Positions 27,007-40,589 of a stretch of DNA of 64,000 bases are shown piece by piece. The notes beneath the pieces were generated by a model. That model searched no databases and had not been told where the DNA came from. It was given only the letters and a program-made list of their open reading frames with translations. Positions within the stretch are counted from its first letter, which is position 1, and the number at the start of each line of letters is the position of its first letter. This DNA comes from Octopus vulgaris (taxonomy: Eukaryota), in NCBI GenBank assembly GCA_951406725.2, contig OX597822.1:9362001-9426000 (forward strand), written 5' to 3'. Position numbers and translations under genes: made by a program.

Positions 27007-27799
27007 AAAGACAGTGTTTCCCAATGTAAACAGTGTTTCTAGTGTGTAGACCAATGAATAGTGATGAAGGGTGACCGCGTGATCAAGAGACTCTAACCTC
27101 GTGGCTTTATACATGATGTACTTTTGTATATAATCCCACAGTGTTACATTCCGAACATGTGTTATCTCCCATATTCTCGTGTCGGCTCAAAGCATCAACC
27201 CAGTTTTATTCTGAGTGATATTGGGTAGACGGAAATCGCACCGAAGTCCATCGGAAGACCTTATCTATTTTGGATTGGTAAACACAATATGACAACCTAC
27301 GTAACACTAGTAATTACCAACGAGGTACCTATAGCGGAGTTCCCCTTTTGAATTTATTCTAACCAAATTTCTGGTTTCAACAGTACTTGGTATCTTGTCA
27401 TATTATTTTCTACTGTACCAACACATGAGTTATAGATTCATGCATTTTTCCTACTGTTAGGTTTGCATCTGTTGTTTTCCCTCTTCTAACTGCAAGTTAA
27501 CAACTTTAGACTTCGCTCGAGCCATCCCTTCTCGAACTATAATCATAGAAGTCTTTTTTTGTTTTGTTCAAGTTACTATTCTAAGCTTAACGAAACACTT
27601 CAATTTTACAGGGCTGTGTTATTGCAGACTTGTCACATATAAACACATGATGAATTAGGTTAGAAAAGAAGAATGAATGGTCGGGTTGTTGAGTATAGGC
27701 AATGCAGACAATTTTCGAACTACTGCCCTCTCAACTGGTTATTTTAACGGTTGAGTTGATAGGGTACCCAACGACAAAACAAATTTTATATGTTTTATA

Positions 27800-28190
27800 C
27801 TCAAGGCATAAGGCCCGACATTTTGTGGGAGGTGGCCACTCGATTAGATCTACCCCAGTACGCAACTGGTACTTAATTTATCGACCTCGAAAGGATGAAA
27901 GGCAAAGTCAACCACGGCGGAATTTGTACTCAGAACGTAAAGACAAACGAAATACCTATTTCTTTACTACCAACAAGGGGCTAAACATAGAGAGGACAAA
28001 CAAGGACAGACAAACGGATTAAGTCGATTATATCGACCCCAGTGCGTAACTGGTACTTAATTTATCGACCCCGAAAGGATGAAAGGCAAAGTCGACCTCG
28101 GCGGAATTTGAACACAGAACCTAGCGGCAGACGAAATACCGCTAAGCATTTTGCCCGGCCTGATAACGTTTCTGCCAGCTCGCCCCCTTA
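27800..28190 (-). mobile_element. SINE family B dimer
   Basis: Two tandem body units. Confidence 0.9.
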
Positions 28191-28367
28191 AAATAAATTC
28201 TATATTGACACATGTATTCTTATAATCAGTAAATGAGAATTACCAGACAGTGACTAACTGACAAACAACAAATATCGCTAATTCAATCATCAGAATGCTT
28301 CACCGTCCTTCGAATATCTTTCATTTACTAACACTCTTCGACTTTCTCCCATTATGCCTTGGTGATA

Positions 28368-29612
28368 TTGGGTTGGCAAGAAAGCAATTTCGGATTTTTA
28401 GTGTGAAATAAAAGTCAATTTTTTTTCATACAAAGAATGAATTGTAATCAATTATATATTTTCCATTTTGTCCGATGACCTTTTGCCAGCTTTCTGGCAA
28501 CTTCAGGATTCCGCGCTCATAGAACTTCTGGTCCTTATCACCCCAAAACTGAATCGATTTCAGGTCAAGTTTTACCATTCATGTCAAGTTTTACCATTCA
28601 AAGAATTTTACAAACTTCGAAATAAATGGTAATCTGATGGTGCAAGGTCAGATCTATATGGTGGACGTGCCATCACTTCCCAACCAAGCTCCAATAATTT
28701 TTCACGAGTTAGCAAAGAGGTGTGTGATCTAGCGTTCTTATGGTGGAACACGATTCCTTACAAATTGCCAATTCTAGCTGTTTCTCTTTGATTGCTTCCT
28801 CCAGTTTCATTTGTTGCTAACAGTAAACATCTGACTTGATCGTTTGGTTCCTTAGAAGCAGCTCAAAATACACAACACCTTTGTAATCTCACCTACTTGA
28901 CAGCAGGACCTCTTTTTTTATGCAATTCGGTTTTTGATGTGGTTTGCGCCGGTTTATTACGCTTGGCCCATGATCGTTTTTGATCGATGTTATTGTAGAC
29001 AATCTATTTTTCATCACCAGTTTTGATTCGTTTAAAAAAAGTTCGATTTCATTGCGTTTGAGATGCATATCGCAAATATCGATTCATTGTGTTAAGAGAA
29101 TCTCTTTCAATTTATGTGGAACCCAAATATCGAGTCCAATACATTTTAAGGGATTTTTTAATTGCTGTGTGTCATCTGCAATCTCTCGCACAATTATATG
29201 ACAATCAGATTCAATTATGGCTTTGATTCAGTCATCATCAACTTCCATGGGTCGACCAGAACGTTGGTCATCTTTGAGTGAAAAATCTCCAGAACAGATT
29301 TTTAAAAACCATTTCTGGCATTTGTGTTCTGTTACGCAATCAACACCATAAACTTCCCCTATCTCTTTGTGAGCCTTAGCAGCTTTCATGCCTTTAGGAA
29401 ATAAAAAAGCAAAGTATGGCGAAGATGTTCGTTTTTGCACTCCGAGTTATAATTGACAATGAACTAACAGTTGTAAGAAAAAATTACGCGCAATTTGCTT
29501 CTACAGTAAACTAAAAGTGACGGCTATCAAATGTCAAAAGGAAAAAATCATTTAAAAAAATCCTAACTCTATCTATTTGCGACAATCGAAATTAGTTTCT
29601 TGCCAACCCCAA
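28368..29612 (-). mobile_element. Mariner DNA transposon, full-length but degenerate
   Basis: TIRs ttgggttggcaagaaa.../...tttcttgccaaccccaa, TA TSD; KWF..SGDFSLKDDQRSGRP, LGWEV..PPY..DLAPSDYHLFRS, GILKLPE.WQKVIGQNGKY. Confidence 0.92.
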
Positions 29613-30009
29613 TATCTGCTTCATTTTCCATCTCTGTGTCTTCTCTTTTTTCTTTTTCCTTTTTTAAGAGAAATAATTGCGAAAAATAGACTTCAACTTC
29701 AATCTAATTATCCGTCTTTAAATCGGTATCATCAAACATATTTAAAGCATAAAAACTTACAAAACACCAAAAAGCCAATACGGATGTGGAAAATCAAACA
29801 AAATACTTATGAAAATTATATTACAAATTATTTATTAAAACGAATATAGGCTAATGATTTATTTTGCGATGTTTTTTGTGTTACGTCGTTTTTCGAGTTA
29901 AGCTGCGACTCTTAGAAACAATTGCGAACATAACTTGATGCAGACCTGTACATATACAATTAGCCTCCATCTCAGAGCATTATATACTCTACTTATATAT
30001 ATAAACTGC

Positions 30010-30330
30010 CGCTCTGTCAGTTACGACAACGAGGATTCCAGCTGATCCGATCAACGGAACAGCCTACTCGTGAAATTCACGTGCAAGTGGCTAAGCTCTC
30101 CACTGACACGTGTACCCTTAACGTAGTCCTCAGGGAGAGTCAGTGTGACACAGAATGTGACAAAGCTGGCCGTTTTGAATTACAGGTACTACCGATTTTT
30201 GCCAGTTGAGTGAACTGAAGCAAGATGAAATAAAGTGTCTTGCTCAAGGACACAACGCATCACCTGTTATTGAACTCAAGACCTTACGATCGTGCGCCGA
30301 ATACCTTAACCACTAAACTATGCGCCCTCA
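30010..30330 (-). mobile_element. tRNA-derived SINE (family C-related)
   Basis: Shares gtacccttaacgtag/cgtgaaatt tail with 9846-10210. Confidence 0.8.
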
Positions 30331-30724
30331 CTTCGGATGTTATAACAATTTAGATCAGCTAACTAGTTGAAATACTGTCAGTTCTATGAAAGCGATCCCT
30401 GGCGGTAAGTGTGCTTCTTCCTTGAGCTATCTAAGGTCGCTGAGAAGGTAACAAAATCTATCTTCTTCCTGCTCAATTCATACGCAATCAAAGCTCATAG
30501 CTCCAAATCTTTTCAAAGCGACTTTCCAATACGTCTCAGACTAGTAAACTTAGCCCACATCGAGTAAACGTTAATTCAGCCGTGGCCAATTTTGCCTTTT
30601 AACCCTCTGGTCTCGAAAAATAATGCACCAGTTAATTAATGGAATTTATTTAGGCAAATTGCTGGCTTTGTGCCTAAAGCATGAACAATTATCATTACTA
30701 CCATCATTATCATTATCATTATTA

Positions 30725-30935
30725 AGGCGGTGAGCAGGCAGGAACGTTGGCACGCCGGGCAAGTTGCTTAGCGACATTTCGTCTGTCTTTACGTTCTGAG
30801 TTCAAATTCCGCCATGGTCGACTTTGACTTTCATCCTTTCGGTGTAGATAAATTAAGTACCAGTGAAACACTGGGTTCGATATAATCAACTGGTCCCCTC
30901 CCCGCAGATTTCAGGCCTATCGCTTTTAGTAGAAA
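30725..30935 (+). mobile_element. SINE family B with (ATT)n tail
   Basis: Family match. Confidence 0.9.
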
Positions 30936-30977
30936 TTATTATTATTATTATTATTATTATCATCATCATCATTATCA

Positions 30978-31009
<32 letters not shown>

Positions 31010-31010
<1 letters not shown>

Positions 31011-31770
31011 CTTCGTAACACATTGTAGGTAAAAATGCACCGGTGTCTTTAGTCATCTGTCAAGTGACAACAAGGACCTCAAACAAATAATGCTGTCGTT
31101 AGGGTGTGCGCTGTGCCTAAAATGGCTGATTTTTGCAACACATCAATCTTGCCTGGGATTTGCAGTTGCCTTAAGAAGTCTTGAAGTTTCAATGGGATGG
31201 AGCCTAACGCTCCTATCACCACTGGTATCACTTTTACATTACCCTCTTGCATTCCATACAGTCTTGCCATTTCCACTTTCAATTCGGCGGAGTACTTGGT
31301 GATTTTTCAACCTCTCTACTCACAACACTCATGTCATTTGGCATGGCTACAACAATGATCTCTCTTTGTTCAATATGGCAATATCCGGCCGACAGTGTTC
31401 GATTATACGACCCGTCTAAAAATCATAGACCCAGAGTATCGTTACTTTTCCATCCTCCTGCATAACTTGGTACATGCTCAGACCAGTTCTCTGATACTTC
31501 ATATTAGTATTTACGGCATAAAAGCCAATGAAGATACACAAGCACTTTATCTTGGCGGCGCTTTATTCTTTTTGTGCAAGGCTCTTACATCCAATTACCA
31601 AATGGGTCACATTTTCCACACTCTTTCTACAGTCTGCTTTTCTGGGTGTCAGATGTTGAATTGGTAGGAAGAGCCTGGTCTTGTACAGCAATGATCAGGC
31701 TTTTAGTAGGACGCTTCACATCACCTCGCTCAAGCCATGCCCACGATGCTGTATTATCCTCAACGTCTTG
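31010..31770 (-). mobile_element. R4/Dong-type non-LTR retrotransposon 3' fragment (RLE domain)
   Basis: VIPVVIGALGSIP..LQKSAILGTAHTL; IIAVQDQALPT; 3' end abuts (TAA)n. Confidence 0.85.
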
Positions 31771-32062
31771 TGTAGTAGTAGTAGTAGTTGTTGTTGTTGT
31801 AGAGTTAAGTTAAGTTGACTGGAGCAAAGTGAAATGAAGTGTTTTGTTCATGGACACAACGAACTACCTTAGTCAGAAATTGAACTCATACTTAACGGTC
31901 ATGAGCCTAACACCCTAATCACTGGGCTACGCACCTTCCCATTCACACTTCATTATAACGAGCGGACCGTGAATAGTGACGAGCTGATGTCCGTTACTCA
32001 CGTATGTAAGTAGCACCGGGGGAGAGATGTGCGATATGCGCAGATTGGTGGAGTTGAAATAA

Positions 32063-32295
32063 ACTATTTCTTTACTACCCACAAGGGCCTAAACACAGAG
32101 GAGACAAACAAGGACAGACAAACGGATTAAGTCGATTACATCGACCCCAGTGCGTAACTGGTACTTAATTTATCGACCCTGAAAGGATGAAAGGCAAAGT
32201 CGACCTTGACGGATTTGAACTCAGAACGTAACGGCAGACGAAATACGGATACGCATTTCGCCCGGGGTGCTAACGTTTCTGCCAGCTCGCCGCCT
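32063..32295 (-). mobile_element. SINE family B, full length
   Basis: TSD gtggagttgaaataa on both sides. Confidence 0.95.
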
Positions 32296-32492
32296 GTGGA
32301 GTTGAAATAATCACATAGCTTTGCACAGTTCGCTTCTATTTTTTTTTCTTTTATTTTTTTTGTCTTTCGTTATATTTTCCTTTTGCTATATTCATTCTTT
32401 GGATCGCAACCATACTCAGGCCTTTCCTTGAAACGTATAATCAATTATAGAGATCCGCAGTATTTTACACATAGTTATTAAGGGCGTGTGAG

Positions 32493-32860
32493 TGCGCAAT
32501 GGCCCAGTGGTTAGGGCAACGGACTCATGGTCGTAGGATCACGGTTTCGATTCCCAGACCGGACGTTGTGAGTGTTTATTGAGTAGTAGTAGTAGCCTAA
32601 AGCACCTAAAGCTCCAGGCGGCTCCGGCAGTGGGTGGTAGTGAATCCTGCTTTACTCTTTCACCACAATTTTCTTTCACTCTTTCTTCCTATATCTGTTC
32701 TACCTGTATTTCAAAGGGCCAGCCTTGTCACGCTAAGAGCTACGTTAAGGGTACATGTGTCTGTGGAGTGCTCGGCCACTTGCACGTTAATTTCACAAGC
32801 AGTCTGATCCTTTAATCGGATTAACTGGAACCCTCGTCGTCGTAACCGACGGAGTGCCAC
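32493..32860 (+). mobile_element. SINE family C
   Basis: Matches 9846-10210. Confidence 0.9.
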
Positions 32861-33479
32861 GATTAAGAGCGAAGTCGTTCTGGGTAAGATTTGGACTCGG
32901 AACAGTAAGGCACATCAAAATACATATCAAAATGCAGTAAGTTATGTAATACAATATTTTAGCGATTCTGCTCGCCATAACAATTATTTCTTTAATTTAG
33001 TACAATTAATTTTGTTGTTAAATTATCACCTTTTTTTTTTTTTATCTATTTGCATTTTTCTTTCTGAATTTTTATTTATTCAAGTCAAACAATTGATAAC
33101 ATTTTAGTCATAAAACAGGTTCATATTTATTCATAACTCTTACTCTCCATTCCTCCCCATCTTTTTCACTATGTCGGCCGTCAACATTCTCTCCCCCCCC
33201 CCATCCCCCCCTCTCTCTCTCTTTCTCTCTCTTTCATTCGCACACATACACAAATGCTCGCAGATTAATTAGGTATACTTCTTTTTTTTCAAAATGTGTT
33301 TATCTCCCACATCAAATGAATGCGTCTCCTGTGATAAATTAACAATTTATGATAGGAAGAAATGTTTTCTAAATATCCAGATCTGATACGTAGCAGATAC
33401 TTTAACAAAGCAACCGCTCAGTAACATTTTGAAGTTGAAACGTAATACATGCTAGCAAACTGAAATAGATTAGGAATGA

Positions 33480-34000
33480 GATCAAAGTGAAAGTTGTGCA
33501 AACAAAAACATTCGTTTATATTCAACATGGAAAAACACATTACAGTGTAAACATTTCAGATAATGCAATAAATATTTTGCGGAGTATCTTACGTCAAATA
33601 CACATTAAAATAAAGCAACATTCAGAATCCATTATATCAATTGTTTAGTGACATGTTCGTATAAAAAATTAACTTTCTCAGCTCTTCAGATCTTTTGCTC
33701 AAAGACACTTTATAATTAATAATTCTCGATTTTAATTGGATCTATTTTTTTATGAAAGAAACAGTGTAATAACAGCTTTTTCAGTACATAATGCAAAATT
33801 CAATAGGAAATGTTATACAAGACCGACTCATTGGGTTTCAGTAGTAGACACAGTGGAATAAGCAACTGTTAGCTGCTTTCCTAAGTTTTATTACAATAGA
33901 GACAACATTGGTGAGACACACATTACAATAGCGTATTTGAAACACTGGGCAAAGATGCAACGATTTCATCAGAAAATATATTACCGTAAAGTGTTTCACT
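33480..34000 (+). pseudogene. Possible decayed kinase relic
   Basis: SVHN..GNVI, RLIGF, KDA/DFIRKYI. Confidence 0.3.
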
Positions 34001-34187
34001 ATTGAACATAAGAACAGAAATTATCACAAAGCAAAGTTTTCCTAGAAAAAAAGACATTAGAATAGACAATTATCAATTCGCTGACATTTTTTAGTATTAC
34101 GCAACAATAGATTACATAATTTTCAGTTCAAGGCGCATCAGTTCACCAAAATCCAACGCTTAGTGGGGTGATAGGTAGACACCAAGA

Positions 34188-35280
34188 AAGGCGGCGAGCT
34201 GGCAGAAACGTTACCACGCCGGGCGAAATGCTTAGCCGAGGTCGATTTTTGCTTTCATCCTTTCAGGGTCGATTAAATAAGTACCAGTTACGCATTGGGG
34301 TCGATATAATCGACTTAATCCGTTTGTCTGTCCTTCTTTGTCCTCCCTGTGTTTAGCCCCTTGTGGGTAGTAAAGAAATAGGTATTTCGTCTGCCGCTAC
34401 GTTCTGAGTTCAAATTCCGCTGAGGTCGACTTTGCCTGTCATCCTTATGGGGTCTATTAAATAAGTGCCAGTTACGCACTGGAGTCGATATAATCGACTT
34501 AATCCGTTTGCCTGTCCTTCTTTGTCCTCCCTGTATTTAGCCCCTTGTGGGTAGTAAAGAAATAGGTATTTCGTCTGCCGCTACGTTCTGAGTTCAAATT
34601 CCGCTGAGGTCGACTTTGCCTGTCATCCTTTTGGGGTCGATTAAATAAGTACCAGTTACGCACTGGGGTCGATATAATCGACTTAATCCGTTTGTCTGTC
34701 CTTTGTCCTCCCTGTATTTAGCCCTTTGTGGGTAATAAAGAAATAGGTATTTCGTCTGCCGCTACGTTCTGAGTTCAAATTCCGCTGAGGTCGACTTTGC
34801 CTGTCATCCTTTTGGGGTCGATTAAATAAGTACCAGTTACGCACTGGGGTCGATATAATCGACGTAATCCGTTTGTCTGTCCTTTGTCCTCCCTGTATTT
34901 AGCCCTTTGTGGGTAATAAAGAAATAGGTATTTCGTCTGCCGCTACGTTCTGAGTTCAAATACCGCTGAGGTCGACTTTGCCTGTCATCCTTTTGGGGTC
35001 TATTAAATAAGTGCCAGTTACGCACTGGGGTCGATATAATCGACGTAATCCGTTTGTCTATCCTTGTTTGTCCTCCCTGTGTTTAGCCCCTTGTGGGTAG
35101 AATCGTTAGCACGCTTGGCGAAATGCTTATTGGAATTTCGTCCGTCTTTACTTTTTGAGTTCAAAATCCGTCGAGGTCGAGTTTGTTTTTCAACTTTTGG
35201 GAGACGACAAAATAAGTACTAATTGAACACTGACTTACCCACCTCCCCTAAAATTCCTGATCTTATACCAAAACTTGATA
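34188..35280 (+). mobile_element. Tandem array of ~5 SINE B body units (~181 bp) plus an older SINE B remnant
   Basis: Unit starts ggtatttcgtctgccgctacg at 34381, 34565, 34746, 34927. Confidence 0.95.
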
Positions 35281-35314
35281 CCAATATTGTCTTCATTTCT
35301 TTCAGTCATTGGAC

Positions 35315-35455
35315 TGTGGTAACTGGTACTTAATTTATCGACCCCAAGAGGATGAAAGGCAAAGTCGGGATTTGAACTCAAAATGTAAAGACAGACGAAA
35401 TACTGCTAAGTATTTCGCCCGGTGTGCTTAACGTTTCTGCCAGTTCGCCGCCTTA
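35315..35455 (-). mobile_element. SINE family B 5' part
   Basis: Family match. Confidence 0.85.
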
Positions 35456-36299
35456 ACATGCTACAATATTAACGTTCAAAAAGCTACATTATTAACCTTT
35501 TCAAAAATACCGTTATAGGCATTAGAATACACGAGTAGGACATTGTATTATAAAGAAGCAGAAAATATGGTTGATGATGTGTCAAGGTCCAATATAACTA
35601 CAATAGATAAGTCCTCGCTCTCTTTCGGAAATTTTATAACAATTCAAGACAGGAACCACAAATCTAAAATATCTAAAAAGAGGCACATGCTGGATAGGAT
35701 ACTGAAAAATATAGTTAATAAACCATTGTGGAAAATTGGCTTCTCTGATTTGCTTTTAAATAATCAGCTGTTTACTTTCACAAAACATGAGGAGTACTTC
35801 TGAAAGACTATTCGGTGGAAAGGTGAGCTGAAGTACAACCGGTCGAACGCCAGTGGTTTGAATCCATATATCTTGACACTTGTGTAGAGTAAACACTATT
35901 GTCTATAGTATATCGTTAAGTTTTTTTTTTATGACTGAGTCTGGCGTAAATTGCATCTTCTAGATTACCTCTTCTTTTGTTTAAGCCTGAAAAAAAGATC
36001 GAAACCCATAAGTTTCCAGGTACTCCAGGATTAATGTAACAGAAGAAAAGAAACCTCGACCCATGGTAGTCTGCAACGGGAAATTAAGTATCAAAATGTC
36101 CAGTTATTCTCAGATTGGAAACCCGGTCCGAGTATTTTAAGCAGAATGGACTCCGTTGAAGGTATCTGAGGACCCAATGACAAGTGTTATGGTGGCGGTG
36201 AGTAAAAAAAACCGGCAGAATAAATTTGAGGTTGGATAGACTGAATTATCGAGAATTAAGTGCCTTTGCCATACACATTTCGCGGTTCTGGTATCAGTA

Positions 36300-36530
36300 T
36301 GTATGTGGGTGTGTGTGTGTCGTCGTGCCTGTCCTCCATCACCGCTTACAAACTAGTATTGTTTGTTTACATCTCCGTAACTTAGCGGTTCGATAAAACA
36401 AACCGATAGAATAAGTACCAGGTTTAAAAGAAAGAACAAAATACTTATGTCGATTCACTCGACTTGGACCCATCAATGCGGTGCCCCAGCATGGCCGCAG
36501 TCAAATGACTGAAACAAGTAAGAGATAAAA
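36300..36530 (+). mobile_element. SINE family A 3' half
   Basis: cagcatggccgcagtcaaatgactgaaacaagtaagag tail. Confidence 0.85.
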
Positions 36531-36616
36531 AAGAAGACGATAATATCATTCTGGGAGTTAGGATAGCACAGCCAAAAGGTAATTCATGGTTTGTAAATTG
36601 TAAGAGGTTAGGATTA

Positions 36617-37044
36617 GGATCATTTCGGTTTGACCGGCAGTTTTGTAAAATAATTTCCACGTAACTAAACACTTTTAAACTTCGTATACTGGTAGAATGT
36701 GTTTATAAAACATCTTTTTCTCTTGGCTTTATTGAGAAAATTCTATAGTTTGTAAGATATTTGTTGTCTTTTCTTCGATTTCTGCAATTTCAACCAATCA
36801 ATGACGTCTATTTAGGTGAAAACATTCTGTGCCGTATGAATATGTCCCTCGTTTAAGAAACAGATTGGGTTTATTTACATTTCTGAAGAAAAAAAAGATA
36901 CCCTTCCCCCCACCCCTAACCCTAACCCTAACCCTAACCCTAAAACAGATTGAAATGCAATAGATCGATACTAGGGTCATAATTATGGGTGACAATTTCA
37001 TATGACACCGCTAGAAAAAATTGCTGTTCAAACCGAAAATATCC
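36617..37044. mobile_element. MITE with GG..CC termini and 8-bp TSD (Merlin-like) containing (CCCTAA)n
   Basis: TIRs ggatcatttcggtttgac / gttcaaaccgaaaatatcc; TSD taggatta 36609-36616 and 37045-37052. Confidence 0.85.
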
Positions 37045-37739
37045 TAGGATTAACTGTATTGAAATCTTGGTGCGACGATTTGTTGATTAAAAGAAATGGT
37101 AAAATTGAGTGAACCAATGCAGTCCGATTGAGACAATGTAACAATGGTTAACAAATGACATACGAGTATTTATTTGTGTGTGGATTATTATATCTGTGCG
37201 TGTTACAGTATATACTATAAACAAAGAGATCTTTTAAAAGCAGCGAATTTGCCTAACGTGAAACCAAATCTAGTAGAGAAGGTAACATAATATTCAACTG
37301 TTTTCACAGAGATTCCACGTGGAGAACATAGCTTGTGATGTAAAACAAGAAGAGTATTCGGGTGGCTTACAGAGCTGTTTAACTCTGAGTTTTTTTTTTG
37401 TTTTTTTTTTGTTTTTACTGTTTACCATCATGTTTTGTAAATCTACTGCTAATAACTGTCTGTTATTTATTAGGCGAAACTCGAAGATGTTTCAGAGACT
37501 GGACACTGTGTACTGTAAAAAAAAAAAAAAAAACAATAATCGGAAATGATATCTTAAAGATGTAAAATAAATGTATTGCTGTCGATCACTGAACGATCAA
37601 AGTCGGAATCGAGTTAAATCATAAACTGACGCAAACCAAAACGAAAATGCCTTGAAAAAAAAAAGTTAAAGGTTAATCGATTGACCTTTCACGAAAGAAG
37701 CAGCCGTCGGCAGGTAATCAGTACTATTGAGTTCATTGG

Positions 37740-38003
37740 TTAAGAGATTCATGTTTTGATGTTCGTATCTTTCCCGGGAGCATTAGAGGAGTAAGTGCAA
37801 TAGCAGCAACCGGGAATCGATCCTACGTCACAGACTTCGTTTGCCGGAAGCTTACCACTTACTATTTTGTGCGCGCATTTAAATACAAATACATCTTCAC
37901 TAACAGAATGAGAGTGTGGGGAAACGACAACAAAAAACAGACTGGTGTATTTCGAAGAAGTATTATATTTTGAGAGGAGATGAGAAATCAAATATTTTGT
38001 CAT
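37740..38003 (-). pseudogene. Kinase C-lobe relic
   Basis: EDVFVFKCAHKIVSGKLP (cf. DVWSLGCxxxxMVSGKLPF). Confidence 0.4.
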
Positions 38004-38398
38004 TTAGGCTTTTATTGAGGGAATAGCTCTATATGTGAAGTGGAATGGTTTCAATTGCAAGTCTTATCTTCTTTACTAACTCGCTTCTTCTTCTATGGTA
38101 TACACCACAGCTTGAATTAAAGCCTTTTGTACAACCTTTTGAAGAATCAGAACATGGAGTAGTAAATTCGCATTTAAAAGCTATATCTTCAAAATGTTAG
38201 TACACTGTTTCAAATATCATTGGAAACAAAATAATTTCTTCTTTCACTATTTCAATTTATTTCAATTTGCTAAGTTTCTCAAATATTCAAATTTTAAGGT
38301 CTGTAAATCTTCAGCTTTTCAAATTTTCTAAATTTTTGACTAAATTTCAAATTTTATAAAAATTAACAGTCTAATTCATAGAGCATGATAGCTGAATA

Positions 38399-38795
38399 TC
38401 TTTATATATAAAAGAGAGATTGTGTGCTGTCTGTCTCCTACGATTTAGATTCCTAACTACTCCCACATTTTGCGGTGCAGTTTAACCAAAACCGGGTATC
38501 TTATAGTCGTGATTCATGTCGAGCCCTTCTGGGTATTAGCGCGCGTCTACGATGAGTCTACGATTAAAAAAATTACCATTCAATTTTTCCCTATTTTTAA
38601 TGCATTTTTGGCATATATAAGGGAAGTAACTCTCTAAAAATTTATTATTAAATCTCAGAACGTAAAAGGCTACAGTAACACCACTCCCCCTTTGTGGTTA
38701 GCCATATTGAGATGGCTATTATACTTTACATCTCTAAAAATGCTTATATAGTTATTTCCCTTACAAACCCGAGCAACGCCGGGCGATACTGCTAG
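38399..38795 (+). mobile_element. Non-autonomous Helitron
   Basis: TC...CTAG termini, 3' hairpin, A|T target. Confidence 0.85.
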
Positions 38796-38929
38796 TTTTA
38801 CATAAAACAGAATTAAAGAAAAATCTATTTTCTATCTGAAGTAGTATTTGAAACTGAGTATTAACATATTAAAGACGTGATTTTTTTTAGATGAGAAATT
38901 TAAATAACGCATTCAACTATCAGGCAGTT

Positions 38930-39275
38930 CTTCCACAATATTCATAATCCCAGCCTTATTCCAGGACCTCAGAACAGTTGCGTGATATCTCTATGCAGGA
39001 TACAACGGAACTGGCTAGGGTAGATGCCTCTTGGAAAATTGCACAGAATGGTCCTGTGTGTTAGAAGATGCTGCGGTCACGCTTTCTTCAAGTAAGATGA
39101 GAAGCCTCTTTACTATCATTTTTATCCCCGTTCATCATTCATTCCCCAGCAATACTGGTTGATATAATAATCAGAACATCAGGTAACATGATATATCAAG
39201 CACAACTTGAATTTAAGCCAACCATGTCCAATTGTGTATATGAAGACACTTTACAGTCCATGGCTGGAAATCTTG
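38930..39275 (+). pseudogene. Possible kinase C-lobe relic
   Basis: LSPF, EDTL/SPWLE (cf. HPWL). Confidence 0.3.
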
Positions 39276-39396
39276 AATAGTTAGGTTTTGCCTGCCAAAA
39301 GAGAAATACTTTAAACAACTACGACATTCAAGAATTGGAACAATTTATCGAATTAAATTAATTGCTTTGATTCCCGAAAAAAAAAAAAAACAAATA

Positions 39397-39567
39397 GGTG
39401 TAGGAATAGCTGTGTGGTAAGTAGCTTGCTTATGAACCACATGGTTCCGGGTTCAGTCACACTGCGTGGCACCTTGGGCAAGTGTCTTCTGCTATAGCCT
39501 CGGGCCGACCAAATCCTTGCGAGTGGATTTGGTAGACGGAAACTGAAAGAAGCCCGTCTTATATATG

Positions 39568-39604
<37 letters not shown>

Positions 39605-39825
39605 TTGTGTGTCTGTGTTTGTCTCCCCCCCCAACATCGCTTGACAACCGATGCTGATGTGTTTACGTCCCCGTAACTTAGCGCTTCGACAAAAAGAGAC
39701 CGATAGAATAAGTACTAGGCTTACGAAGAATAAGTCCTGGGGTCGATTTCCTCGACTAAAAAGGCGGTGCTCCAGCATGGCCACAGTCAAATGACTGAAA
39801 CAAGTAAAAGAGTAAAAGAGAGAGT
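39397..39825 (+). mobile_element. SINE family A, full length
   Basis: Family match. Confidence 0.95.
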
Positions 39826-40142
39826 ATATCTGACTCGGGAAGAATCATTTCCTTTATGGTTTTTCATGAACTTAATTTTGGGAAGAAATATGTTTACTCG
39901 TACGGATTGCTTTTGCAGTAACTTCATCTGGATCTGCTGCAAATTTGGTAATCGCTATGCATGACAACACATTCAGCTTTTCAACTGTCACTCGTTCTTG
40001 CACACACTGATAGTTCAGTGTGCAATATTGGCAAAGCATCTGCATATCCAGAGTTTCTGAAGCTGCAATTATGAGATGAATGCACATTGTGTCACATTCT
40101 AATATTTGAGGCACTTCATTTCATCTGTCTTATCATGCGTCT

Positions 40143-40580
40143 TCAATGCATACGTCTCGGAGTAACAATAACATCGTACTGGGTGTCTCTGAGGATTTCA
40201 GGTAAAGGGTCATTAAAAAGAGTACAACTGCCAGTCACTACAAATGCATTGTAAAGGGTACATCTACCGATAAGTTGGTAGCCTGTCGCAGTGAAAGCCA
40301 TATCTGAAAATGCCAGAAAAAACTTCATCTTCCTACTTACGCGAGAAATGCACTCAAGTAAATATCTCAGCAGCTCAGTTTCCTAATGTTTTATTTCAAC
40401 GGAGGAAAAGGTCGGTTTTCAGTTGACACTGAGAACAGAGACGTCAAATTACAAAGAAATTGTAGAACAGTAATCAACATATCACAAGAAAAATTCTATT
40501 GAAAGTTAATCCTCACAATTTACAAACCATGAATTACCTTTTGGCTGTGCTATCCTAACTCCCAGAATGATATTATCGTC
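40143..40580 (+). pseudogene. Decayed TSSK-like kinase N-lobe
   Basis: ISGKGSLKRVQL (Gly loop), PVAVKAISENARKNFIFLLTREM (cf. VAIKII..KAPxDFLxKFLPREI), FPNV, LQTMNYL. Confidence 0.6.
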
Positions 40581-40589
40581 TTCTTTTTT

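Larger units (their letters stand above)
36050..37260 (-). pseudogene. Decayed kinase relic interrupted by SINE A and a MITE
   Basis: GKFAAFK, LQTMNYL, IGSS..STESIL, NWTF..CRLPW; shares a duplicated segment with 40143-40580. Confidence 0.4.

Noticed and set aside
27205-27255. ILSDIG kinase-like motif
   Set aside because: Better explained as a diverged SINE A core (ggtagacggaaa)
34188-35100. CRISPR-like array
   Set aside because: Eukaryotic context; whole units repeat with no unique spacers
39872-40114. Further kinase relic (LNV/MHSD) on minus strand
   Set aside because: Only one weak motif; not listed as a feature
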